DNA of 64,000 nucleotides from a virus. How positions within the stretch are numbered: position 1 is the first letter of the stretch; every line of letters starts with the position of its first letter. Where the stretch lies: the IMG/VR virus record IMGVR_UViG_3300035703_000022, positions 1 to 64,000 of that record. One strand, written 5' to 3'. Shown piece by piece: positions 39,090-48,034 of this stretch. Under the pieces are notes generated by a model. That model was not told the origin of the DNA, ran no database searches, and was given only the letters and a program-made list of their open reading frames with translations. A program made the position numbers and the translations under genes.

Positions 39090-39722
39090 TCACCACTCCA
39101 GAGCTTCTGCAACTGAAGGGAATTGTTGTTTGAATACCTCTTTACAAGCAAGTGCGATATCCATGTGTTCTTTCTGAGTTCCATTGGATGAACGCAGATT
39201 GATATAATGAATCCAACTACGACAAGAGCCTGTCATGTAGATACGAGTTGGAGTTGCGAGAGGAAGTACAAAACGAGCACACTCCTTAGCAACACCTTGA
39301 CTCAGAAGATAGTTATAGACCTCCTGAGCGTCCCTGAAGAGGTCTTGAATCATTTTGTTCATCACGAAGACCCTTTCTTCATCCATGTCATCAATCGAGT
39401 TCTGGCGGTTCTTGGTGTCCTGCCTACGCAGTTCTGGCACGGGAATGTCAGTACTCAGCAGATTTGTATCTGCATATCTTTGAGAAAACTCCTGGAATGT
39501 GAAGCTACGATGACGAAGAATCTGGGCTGCAATACCACGATTTGTTTCAATCTCAAGAGTCATAGAAGACTGCTCAAACACAGACCAATGATTATGCTTA
39601 ATACAATAAGCGAGCAACTTGGCATAGTTTTCGTTGTCTTGATTCGCAGGATTAGAAACTCGAGCAATATACGCCATTGTTTTTTCTGCATCGGGAGTGA
39701 TCGAAATAAGTTTTACAGTCAT
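39090..39722 (-). CDS. thyX: Flavin-dependent thymidylate synthase
   Basis: HWSVFE, QILRHRSFTFQEFSQRY, ARFVLP, TQKEH. Confidence 0.97.
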   Translation of the reverse strand: MTVKLISITPDAEKTMAYIARVSNPANQDNENYAKLLAYCIKHNHWSVFEQSSMTLEIETNRGIAAQILRHRSFTFQEFSQRYADTNLLSTDIPVPELRRQDTKNRQNSIDDMDEERVFVMNKMIQDLFRDAQEVYNYLLSQGVAKECARFVLPLATPTRIYMTGSCRSWIHYINLRSSNGTQKEHMDIALACKEVFKQQFPSVAEALEW

Positions 39723-39919
39723 TTAATTTCTCAGTCAGGGTATCCATCGTCATCGAAGACCTCATCATAATCGGAGATGTGGCCTTCTGGTTTGGGGGTT
39801 AGTCTATAAGAATCTGGATCAGAATAAATTTCTGATTTAAGACATTCTACAAGTGACTCCAGATTTCTTACAATCAATTTAAGTTTTTCTCTATCCATGA
39901 TTATACATAATCTCTACTA

Positions 39920-39958
39920 ATTATAGACAAAAAAAGAGGGGGAGTCAAGTCCCCCTCT
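39920..39958 (-). terminator. Intrinsic terminator overlapping a near-consensus sigma70 promoter
   Basis: AGAGGGGGA-cttgac-TCCCCCTCT-TTTTTT; TTGACT-17-TATAAT. Confidence 0.85.
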
Positions 39959-39962
39959 AATA

Positions 39963-40064
39963 TTAAGCAACTTGAGGTTGCTTTGCCATATTCAGTTGTG
40001 CATTATGAAGGAGTTGTTCCTTCTTTGCCTTTTTCTTAAGATAACGAACGAAGTAAGTGTTCAT
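39963..40064 (-). CDS. 33-aa basic peptide coupled to the DUF4278 gene
   Basis: MNTYFVRYLKKKAKKEQLLHNAQLNMAKQPQVA; ATGA overlap; AGGAGG upstream; not in the track. Confidence 0.65.
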   Translation of the reverse strand: MNTYFVRYLKKKAKKEQLLHNAQLNMAKQPQVA

Positions 40065-40198
40065 TTATGCCCCTCCTTTACAAACTTAATACCACGATAG
40101 GTTTCGTTGTATTGTTGGGGTTGTTGCATCATTTGCTGTTGATATGCGATACGCTTTTCAGTATCATATTCAACGCCACGATATACGACTTTAGACAT
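40061..40198 (-). CDS. DUF4278-family peptide (45 aa), Gln-rich
   Basis: MSKVVYRGVEYDTEKRIAYQQQMMQQPQQYNETYRGIKFVKEGHK with two YRG motifs; SD AAGGAG; not in the track. Confidence 0.85.
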   Translation of the reverse strand: MSKVVYRGVEYDTEKRIAYQQQMMQQPQQYNETYRGIKFVKEGHK

Positions 40199-40230
40199 TA
40201 GGGTTCTCCTTAGTTTTTTAAGTTAAAGAG

Positions 40231-40446
40231 CGTTCCTTCAGTCGGCTTTTGCGTCTTGGAAACAACCTTTCTTGGTTACCTGTTTAATCTCCCATACAAT
40301 ATCATTCTTCTGTTGAAGACTTAATTCTGGGTGAGTTATCACTCTACCAATAATAAACTGTGCCTGTAGACAAGTTAAGAAGAGTGCTTCCATAGATGAA
40401 CGATCCGTTCCGAGTCGGCTTACTTCCGTCCCATAGGGATGAACGT
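40231..40446 (-). ncRNA. Tandem glnA-type glutamine riboswitch
   Basis: Aptamer 1: CGTTCATCCCTATGGGACGGAAGTAAGCCGACTCGGAACG (40445-40406). Aptamer 2: CGTTCATC..GACGCAAAAGCCGACTGAAGGAACG (40402-40231). Lies upstream of DUF4278. Confidence 0.75.
40238..40393 (-). CDS. 51-aa ORF embedded in the second aptamer
   Basis: MEALFLTCLQAQFIIGRVITHPELSLQQKNDIVWEIKQVTKKGCFQDAKAD*; ATG and TGA abut or overlap the aptamer strands. Confidence 0.55.
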   Translation of the reverse strand: MEALFLTCLQAQFIIGRVITHPELSLQQKNDIVWEIKQVTKKGCFQDAKAD

Positions 40447-40452
40447 AAGGTC

Positions 40453-40504
40453 ATTATAGACCTATTGACTTATATATGCAAGTACTTTTGTAAAATAAGA
40501 TACA
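40453..40504 (-). promoter_or_regulatory. sigma70 promoter plus NtcA box
   Basis: TTGCAT-17-TATAAT (40481-40453); TGTA-N8-TACA at 40489-40504. Confidence 0.7.
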
Positions 40505-40508
40505 ATTT

Positions 40509-40826
40509 TTAATCTCTCTGTCTCCAATCATCTGGTTTATCACCAGAAAAGAAATCAACTATATCGTCTACACTATTAAATCCTGTTCTATGGTTCGATG
40601 GATCAGGATCTCCCAAGTCCAATGCATTCATAAAGTCATCTAAACTACCTTCTTGCATATCAGGATTAGCAGCACGGCGTCTTGCTTGCCTGAGAATAGT
40701 TGCGGCAGAACGATTAGACTTTGCTAATTTTTCTGCCCAAATCATATCACTTAGCTCTACAGATTCACCTTTCCCAATTCTTTCACAGATTGATTCGAGG
40801 CGTAAACGATATTGAGTAGAGAGCAT
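40509..40826 (-). CDS. Conserved cyanophage hypothetical protein
   Basis: MLSTQYRLRLE.IC..DMIWAEKL..LDDF.N.L.LGDPDP. Confidence 0.7.
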   Translation of the reverse strand: MLSTQYRLRLESICERIGKGESVELSDMIWAEKLAKSNRSAATILRQARRRAANPDMQEGSLDDFMNALDLGDPDPSNHRTGFNSVDDIVDFFSGDKPDDWRQRD

Positions 40827-40853
40827 ATACTTCTCCAGATATAGTGTATTTAG

Positions 40854-41180
40854 TTACCGCTCAATGTAACTTAGTGTGTGATTTTGAGCATATAGTTGTT
40901 GAATGATCATATCGCACCCGATCTTTGGATTGCAATTACCACAAGTGTAAACATCTACTGCCGCTTTACCATCTTCAGGCCATGTATGAATACTTATATG
41001 ACTTTCAGATAACAAACATAAAACGGTAACTCCTTGTGGATCAAACTTTTTGAAAATAGTTTGACATACAGTTGCACCACTTGCAGTCGCCGCTTGTTCT
41101 AATAGTCCCATAAGATAATGCTCATCGTTTAACAAAACGAATGAGCATCCAAAGAGATTTAGAAGATAGTGTTTTCCCAT
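40854..41180 (-). CDS. speD: Pyruvoyl-dependent S-adenosylmethionine decarboxylase family protein
   Basis: GKH..F.PQGVT..LLSESHISIHTWPE..AAVDVYTCG (E-S self-cleavage site). Confidence 0.9.
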   Translation of the reverse strand: MGKHYLLNLFGCSFVLLNDEHYLMGLLEQAATASGATVCQTIFKKFDPQGVTVLCLLSESHISIHTWPEDGKAAVDVYTCGNCNPKIGCDMIIQQLYAQNHTLSYIER

Positions 41181-42552
41181 TTATGTAGGATTATCCTCCT
41201 GGTCCTTAAGTAAACGACTTACGATTTTTTCCTTTCCGTCCATCATAGCCACTGTGTAAATAGAAGATCTCATGTATTTTTTGATTTTCTTATATTGTTT
41301 TTTAACTTCTTTAATTGCGTCGAGATTCATCTCAACATTCATATCGCCAGAAATTACTTTCTTTTCTTTTTCTCCGATGGTTGATAGTTCCACATCTTCG
41401 GATTGATAGTTCCGTCTGTCCATTTAATACCTCTCACATCTCTATATTTGTCCCAGTAATAATTAAAAATATCAATTTGTGATCCAGCTTGAACCACATC
41501 ATACTGAATAGAATCATCTACACCATAAGTTACCAAGTAAGAATTTCTCGGTAATTCACGATTTTTAGCAGCGGATGGATCACAATCTACATGAATAATG
41601 TTCACCGACATATCAAGAACGATTCCCCCATTGGATATCAGGATAAGCCTCGGAAACAAGTTCTTTGGTGATATTATATTTAGTCTGCAACCTTTTATCC
41701 TTTACAAGACACAATACTTCGGCCTCACCAGGATGAAAAGACTCCAACATATTAATAAACATCGTTTCTTTACGAAGTTTATTCATTGCATCATTACCAC
41801 CCTTCACAAAGTTATAAAACTTAGACCATTCTTTACGAATACTTGAAGATGGATTTTTTTCAGCATCTTCTTTAACTTGGATTGGAACGTCTCCCTCAGG
41901 AAGAACGGACTGAATACTCGGATCAAAGTTCCAAATCAAAAGAGATTTCAGAAAATTCTCATTATATTGTTGGAGAATGTTAATCTTTTTGTCTTTAGTC
42001 CGTTCTGCAACAACAGCAGCAAAGATTTCATGGACATAAGAATTTGATGTCAATTCAATTTTTTCTGTAGTTTTTGTTACTGGTTTTCTACTAGGAGTAG
42101 TCTTTTTTGCGGCGGTAGAAGGTTTTCTACTACTGGTCGTCGTCTTCTTCGTAGTCGTCATAGCTATTTTCAAATCTTACTGCAATTACTTCATCTGGAA
42201 TTAGATTTCCATGATCGTCAAACATTTCTGGATGAGCGAATACTTGTTGCGGAGTGGAGAAAACCACATGTTCTTTCCATAACCAACCAACTACACCACC
42301 AACTATCAAGAACATAAATGATATTAAACAAAAGATGGCAACTAAAGGTGTTGTCATGGTCTTGCCTCCGAGAGATTACTTTTTCTTTATATCTAATGAA
42401 AAGTTTAGATAAATGCGAATCTCTCTTTTGAAGAGAGAAACCATCTTACCAAAACTAAATTGAAATGTTTTTGGTGCTTCAGGTTTTTCCCTCCTTTTTC
42501 TTAACAATAACTCCACACCTTTATTTATGTGAAGCTCTTTGACTTCACTCAT
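41181..42552 (-). other. Five conserved hypothetical ORFs (41181-41423, 41354-41659, 41613-42173, 42130-42357, 42376-42552)
   Basis: Overlapping ORFs; 41613-42173 has the LPEG.VP..RKETMFI..LE..HP.EAE motif common in T4-like phages. Confidence 0.65.
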
Positions 42553-42555
42553 AAT

Positions 42556-42792
42556 TTAAATCAACGAACGCAATTTGAGATACTCAATAGTATCTTTACA
42601 ACCACCAATGTGTTTGTCATCCATTACAACTTGTGGAAATGTTGACCCATTACCAAATTCAGAATAAAATTCTTTTTTAGTGAAATGTTCGTCAAGATTA
42701 TATACAACAAAGTCCTTTCCACAAAGTTCAAGAACTTTTTTTACTTTATAACAATAAGGGCAATCTTGTTTTGAATAAACAGTAAACTTCAT
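42556..42792 (-). CDS. nrdC: Glutaredoxin
   Basis: CPYC, TFPQV, IGG. Confidence 0.92.
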   Translation of the reverse strand: MKFTVYSKQDCPYCYKVKKVLELCGKDFVVYNLDEHFTKKEFYSEFGNGSTFPQVVMDDKHIGGCKDTIEYLKLRSLI

Positions 42793-42836
42793 TTCATTTG
42801 TGATATTTTGTAATATTTAGAATTGGTAATTTATAG

Positions 42837-42865
42837 ATAATACACTAAAATTGTGCCTGTGTCAA
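42837..42865 (-). promoter_or_regulatory. sigma70-like promoter
   Basis: TTGACA-17-TATTAT. Confidence 0.7.
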
Positions 42866-42870
42866 TAGAA

Positions 42871-43542
42871 TCACTCGCTCATTGGATGGCCAGTACGCCA
42901 AATTTTTGTATCAGGGGGATCACACTTTGCGTCCCAAGATCGTACAAGCAACTCAGTGAACAGCTCCATCTTTTCTGGATGTACAGAAGCAGGATTTTGA
43001 TTGATAGCCTGTTTCAGGGCAACAAGTTCTTTCCATTCTTCATCTGTAAGAGGATTAACACTGGATTGCGAATAGGTCATTAGTTCTCCCGTTGATTGTG
43101 TTTAAATTCTAACACAAAATATACTACTATCTAGGGGACTTAATAATTTCTTCGGGATTGCGTTACGTATCCTTAACAATTATTTTTTGTCTAAGAATTT
43201 ATCAAGTGCGTCAAGATCGTCTTGCAGCTCTTTTTCTTGATTTTTATCGTGATAATAAGACCAGAGAGCATTATGAACATCCATAAGTCCATCAATCCAG
43301 AAACCAGTAGGATAAATGCCTAATTTATCCATCAACCCACGATGACTGGTTCCTTCTTTTTCTGCATTGCACATAATAATGCAGATTGCTTGAACCATAT
43401 CAAGTTTATCTTCTTCGGAAAGCATAAAATACTTTCCTACTGCTCGTTGCTTTGATTCTTCATTTTTTTTCTGCATTTCTTTGCAAGCATCAGAATCCCA
43501 CCATTCTTGAAGTGCTTTACCAAATTCGTTAGGTTTAGTCAT
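42871..43542 (-). other. Two hypothetical ORFs (42871-43080, 43180-43542)
   Basis: ORF track; SD GGGAG before the ATG at 43080. Confidence 0.6.
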
Positions 43543-44032
43543 AGTGATATTGTTTCCACTCCTCTACATTAGTTTTTTCAAGATCAAAAATCATTTTATT
43601 TACAGGAGCTTTTGGTTTTCTTGCAAGTTTCATTCCAGTATGTTCCAAAAGCATACTACCTTTTTTAGTATTGCATGAACTACACGCAACGACTAAGTTT
43701 TCCCAAGTATCTTCTCCACCCCTTGAACGAGGAAGAACATGATCTATGGTTAGCTTAGACCTAGCACCGCAATACTGGCAAGTATGATTGTCCCTCTTGT
43801 AAATCATTGAACGAGAAGGATTAATATTCATAATTTTTGACAATGGTAACTTTACATAATCTAGTAGGCGAATAACTCTACTTGAAAGAACTTGAGCTTT
43901 CTCTTTTAGAAGAAGAACAATTGCTCTCTTCCAATTTGTAAAATTAATTGGTTCGTAACTAGAATTTAAGACCAATATTGTTTTGTATGGTTCTATTGGT
44001 AACTCATGCATGACTTTTTTATGAGCTATCAC
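43535..44032 (-). CDS. HNH endonuclease (McrA-like)
   Basis: LVLNSSYEP..RD.HTCQYCG..LTIDHVLPRSRGG..WENLV.AC..CN..KG. Confidence 0.9.
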   Translation of the reverse strand: MIAHKKVMHELPIEPYKTILVLNSSYEPINFTNWKRAIVLLLKEKAQVLSSRVIRLLDYVKLPLSKIMNINPSRSMIYKRDNHTCQYCGARSKLTIDHVLPRSRGGEDTWENLVVACSSCNTKKGSMLLEHTGMKLARKPKAPVNKMIFDLEKTNVEEWKQYHYD

Positions 44033-44039
44033 TATCTAG

Positions 44040-44681
44040 TCAAGATCCAAAAGGACCCCAACGACCTCTTTTGTTATCTTCATCACCATTCATTCTGGAT
44101 TCAAGTTTATCAATAAGTTGATCTGCTGCAATCAAATTATCAATTTCCATAATCATATCTGCAATGTGTTTTCCAACAAAAGGTTTTTCTTGTCGTGCTG
44201 CATAAGAAAGTGCATTACGCAAAGATTGTTCCGCGTCTCTTAGACTAGTTTCTACTGATTCTGATAGTGCCATGATTAAAAATTAACAGTTGATCGTTTT
44301 TGTTGAAATTCTTCTACAATTTCTAAAATTTTTTTGGATGTTTTCTTTGCAGATTCTTCATCCCAACTTTCACTAGAAACATTCAAAAGATAAATTTCAT
44401 TTGAAATTGAATCAATAAGTTTATCGTAGTTTGTCATTTTCAGATTTAAGTAAATTGTGATATTTCAAAACCTCAGGATTTTCCAAGTCTTTACATCTTG
44501 GATAAAAAATACCATCTCGATAACAAGAATTTTCAGGACTCTGAGGATCATATTTTACTACACGACTAGGATACTCTCTTGCATTACAAAGATCTCCTTG
44601 TCTTCGAACAAAGTTATCAAGGCATACTGCTCCAATAAATGGAGCAAGACCTTTTAACATGTATAAAGTATACATCAACAC
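44040..44681 (-). other. Three small hypothetical ORFs (44040-44273, 44276-44437, 44421-44681)
   Basis: ORF track plus manual reading. Confidence 0.55.
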
Positions 44682-45454
44682 TCATCCATTCCAAGAGGTT
44701 GAGTTACTTTTTTAATAAGATAAGAACCATCTCCCTGATCTACCCACTCAACGAAATCACCTTCTTTCAGATCTGTTGCTTCTAACAAATCATCGGGAAA
44801 TGTTACACAGTAAATATCTTCATCAGTATCTTCATCTCTTATTTCTTCAACAGGAAGAACCCACTTCTTTACTTTATCTTTAAGGGGAACAGTGCGATTA
44901 GGATCATTGCGAGTGTAGTCATAGTAATATTTGGAATGATTCAAATCAAGTTCAGTACGTTTGTTGTAATACTCTGCCTCACGCAGATTATACTCACGAC
45001 ACTTATTTTTTTCTTCATCAGATGCTGCCTTATCGCACATGGCATTCAGTTCTTCATCACTATATTTGAGTGCCTCCATATCACTATGACCCCAAGGTGG
45101 CATCACACTACTCACAGTTGAACCTTTATATTCTTCTGGATAGTAGTTTTCTTCCCAGAAAGAAGTCCAAGAATTTTTACATTCTGGTGATTGATCTTCC
45201 TTATCACACACAAGATTTTCTTTTTTCTCAACATATTCATCATATGTTGGAATATGCCCTTTGCCATTGCCATTCAAAAGTGCAAGAAGTTCATAGCAAC
45301 GGGAAGCGTTGTTTTTATAACAATAGTAATTGTCCTCAACTACTTTGCGAACACAGTCATAAATTTCTTGTGGAGATGCTTCAGCAGAATTTAGAGCATC
45401 TTCTACCCAATTCTCAAGGTTTTCAAGAGAATACTTTTTGTAGTCAAAGTCCAT
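44675..45454 (-). CDS. Hypothetical protein with C-terminal AbrB/MazE-like domain
   Basis: VTFPDDLLEATDLKEGDFVEW.D.GDGSYLIKK; upstream TTGACA-17-TATTAT at about 45481-45509. Confidence 0.6.
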   Translation of the reverse strand: MDFDYKKYSLENLENWVEDALNSAEASPQEIYDCVRKVVEDNYYCYKNNASRCYELLALLNGNGKGHIPTYDEYVEKKENLVCDKEDQSPECKNSWTSFWEENYYPEEYKGSTVSSVMPPWGHSDMEALKYSDEELNAMCDKAASDEEKNKCREYNLREAEYYNKRTELDLNHSKYYYDYTRNDPNRTVPLKDKVKKWVLPVEEIRDEDTDEDIYCVTFPDDLLEATDLKEGDFVEWVDQGDGSYLIKKVTQPLGMDEC

Positions 45455-45602
45455 TAATGTGATCCTTGATTGCTTGTTCTATAATAACTTGGATTTCCTT
45501 GCTTGTCAACCCATTTAACCACTTCCAATTTGGGTCTTGTGGATCCCAGTCCATCGTGAACGACCCATCTTCATTTTCTGTTATTTTAAGTGAATCTTCC
45601 AT

Positions 45603-47183
45603 CTATTTTTCAACTAATTGTTGTGTTTCTTCAAACCAAAGATAATCTAAAGAAGAATTATTTAGAGTTTTAACTGCATCTGTTGGAGTTTCTACTAATG
45701 GTTCCCCAGATAAATTAAAACTAGTATTCAAAAGTATTCCATGTCCAGATAATTTTTTAAATTCTTGCAAAAGTTCATATAAGTAACTATTATTTTTAGA
45801 AATAGTTTGAATTCTACATGTGTTATCTATGTGAGTTATACCAGACAACATTTTAACATATTCTGATCTTACTGGAAAACATATAGTCATAAATGGACTT
45901 GATTTTATTTTTCCTAGGTTGAAATAAACATCAGCATCTTCTTCCAGTACAACACATGCAAAAGGACGATACCATTCTCTTTTTTTGATTTTATTTACGA
46001 TATTTTTTGCTTCAAAATTTAAGGGATTAAAAAATATAGAACGATTCCCAAGTGCTCTTTGGCCAGCTTCTGCGATACCCCTATATACAGCAATAGATTT
46101 ATTCTGATTTAATAAATTACTAATATCTTTTATTGACGTTGTTTTACCTTTATATAAAGAAACATCATAATAAGATCCGTGGAAAAAAGTTGTCTGGATT
46201 TGATTTGGAATTTTATTTGTTAATTCTATGTGCGAATTCATTGCAGCTCCAATACTAACTCCATTATCATTACATACTGGTTCAAAATAAAATTCTACAT
46301 CAGGAAATCTCTGCAAGTAATAATAATTTGCAACAATATTCATACCATAACCACCAGAGATACAGACTTTCTTAATCCCTGTTTTTATTATTGAATCTTC
46401 TATTAGATCTCCAACTACTTTTTGGGTTTGTTGTTGAACCTCATAACAAAAATCCGCATGTAATTTGTAGTTTTTACTGTCTACTATTTTAATTGGATTC
46501 TTCAAAAATTGTTTGATTTCTTCAGAAGAGTTTTTATAAAAATCATTATTAAAAATATTTTTTTCTAAGAATAACTTTTTAAATGATTTATTATCAGATC
46601 CATATGAGGAAAGTCCCATTGCTTTTCCACAATCATCTGGAGTATTTCCCATCAAAATTGCAGCAATGTCATATAACTTACCGACTCCAAAAGTACCGTC
46701 TTCCCAAAAAAGATCAAATGGATTTGAATCTTCTATAATATTTTTATAAATTAAACTATTTTTATGTTTATCAAAAACAAAAACACTTTCTACTTCTACT
46801 AAGTTATCTCTAATTGTTGATCCGGCTCCATCAACTACAACAACGATACTTTCATCAAAACCACTATTGTAAAAGGCAAGAGAAGCATGATTTAAATGAT
46901 GATCCTGTTGCATCATTAATTTCACATTGGAGTTATATTTTTTACATTCTTCAAAAATTTTTGATATTATATCGTCTCTTGTATTAAAGTTAGATATGGT
47001 AACAACATCTAATTTTTGATCTAATTTATTACAAATATCATCTATCAATGTCAATATTATTGATTGATCATCATCGTGTTTTTTTCTTGTATATCTTTCC
47101 ACTAAGAAATATTGTTCTAAATTTCCATCATTTAGAACACATATCGAAGAGTCATGTCCCAAATGAATACTAAGTATTAACAT
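45603..47183 (-). CDS. O-carbamoyltransferase (NodU/CmcH/TobZ family)
   Basis: GHDSS, ERYTRKKHD, HHLNHA, VVDGAG, GKAMGLSSYG, SGGYGMN, E.GQRALGNRS, KKREWYRPFA, H.D.TCRIQT, LNTSFNL.GEPLVE. Confidence 0.93.
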   Translation of the reverse strand: MLILSIHLGHDSSICVLNDGNLEQYFLVERYTRKKHDDDQSIILTLIDDICNKLDQKLDVVTISNFNTRDDIISKIFEECKKYNSNVKLMMQQDHHLNHASLAFYNSGFDESIVVVVDGAGSTIRDNLVEVESVFVFDKHKNSLIYKNIIEDSNPFDLFWEDGTFGVGKLYDIAAILMGNTPDDCGKAMGLSSYGSDNKSFKKLFLEKNIFNNDFYKNSSEEIKQFLKNPIKIVDSKNYKLHADFCYEVQQQTQKVVGDLIEDSIIKTGIKKVCISGGYGMNIVANYYYLQRFPDVEFYFEPVCNDNGVSIGAAMNSHIELTNKIPNQIQTTFFHGSYYDVSLYKGKTTSIKDISNLLNQNKSIAVYRGIAEAGQRALGNRSIFFNPLNFEAKNIVNKIKKREWYRPFACVVLEEDADVYFNLGKIKSSPFMTICFPVRSEYVKMLSGITHIDNTCRIQTISKNNSYLYELLQEFKKLSGHGILLNTSFNLSGEPLVETPTDAVKTLNNSSLDYLWFEETQQLVEK

Positions 47184-48034
47184 TTCTCTAAAAATTTTGT
47201 TATGTCTTCCATTTTTACTTTCATGGTCATTTTTAGATCATTTGGTTTACCATAAGTAAAAAAGTCTTCCAATGGAAATTTATGGTGATGATTTTTCCAC
47301 CAATCTTCTATTAATCGACTACAAATTATATCTATAGGGAACATTTTATTATCATTCTGTTCACTATCTCCGTTTATATTGATATTAAGATTGAAAAGAG
47401 GAATTGAATATGTAATTCCAATATCAAATAAATTGGCATCTCCAGTTATATGAGTTTTACTGTATCTTTTATGAAAAGAATTATCTACAAATGTTAATCT
47501 ATATTTTCCATCACGGTACATCAAATCTTTAACTTTTTTTGCATATGATCGATTTATTAGGTATGCAGCTGCAGATCCAGAATCAGATCTTTTGTGTAAA
47601 AACATTGGTACAAATAGACCATTTGAATGATATGTACTGCAAAAGTAGAGTTGAATACATTCCCAATTTTCTGGTAGATTACTTTGAAAATATGTCCAAT
47701 CGAAATTCCAATATTTTATATTCTGTATTGATAAGTCATCTTCCATTATAATGCAAGTTTCAGAAAGATTACCATCATACCAATTAATGATGGTTTCTAT
47801 ATGATTTAATGCAGTTGACATTGCAGATAGACATTCCAAAATTCCATTCTCTACGATTATATCTTTCCATTCATCATATTTGGAAATGTCATACTTAGAA
47901 GCATTAATCCTTTGATAGTTTGTTATTCCCCAATTATTGAATTGAGATTCCATCCATTTTTTTCTATCAGTCCTATGAAAAAGATTGATATAGTAAATTG
48001 GGGGAAACTCTTTGAGTTTATTTTCTAAGTCCAC
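47177..48034 (-). CDS. Glycosyltransferase family 25-like
   Basis: YYINL..R.DR, IIMEDD, P.NWECIQL, AYLINR.YA. Confidence 0.85.
   Translation of the reverse strand: MDLENKLKEFPPIYYINLFHRTDRKKWMESQFNNWGITNYQRINASKYDISKYDEWKDIIVENGILECLSAMSTALNHIETIINWYDGNLSETCIIMEDDLSIQNIKYWNFDWTYFQSNLPENWECIQLYFCSTYHSNGLFVPMFLHKRSDSGSAAAYLINRSYAKKVKDLMYRDGKYRLTFVDNSFHKRYSKTHITGDANLFDIGITYSIPLFNLNININGDSEQNDNKMFPIDIICSRLIEDWWKNHHHKFPLEDFFTYGKPNDLKMTMKVKMEDITKFLEKC

Noticed and set aside
43162-43177. GTTA-N8-TAAC palindrome as a second NtcA site
   Set aside because: Does not match GTA-N8-TAC, and short palindromes are common in AT-rich DNA
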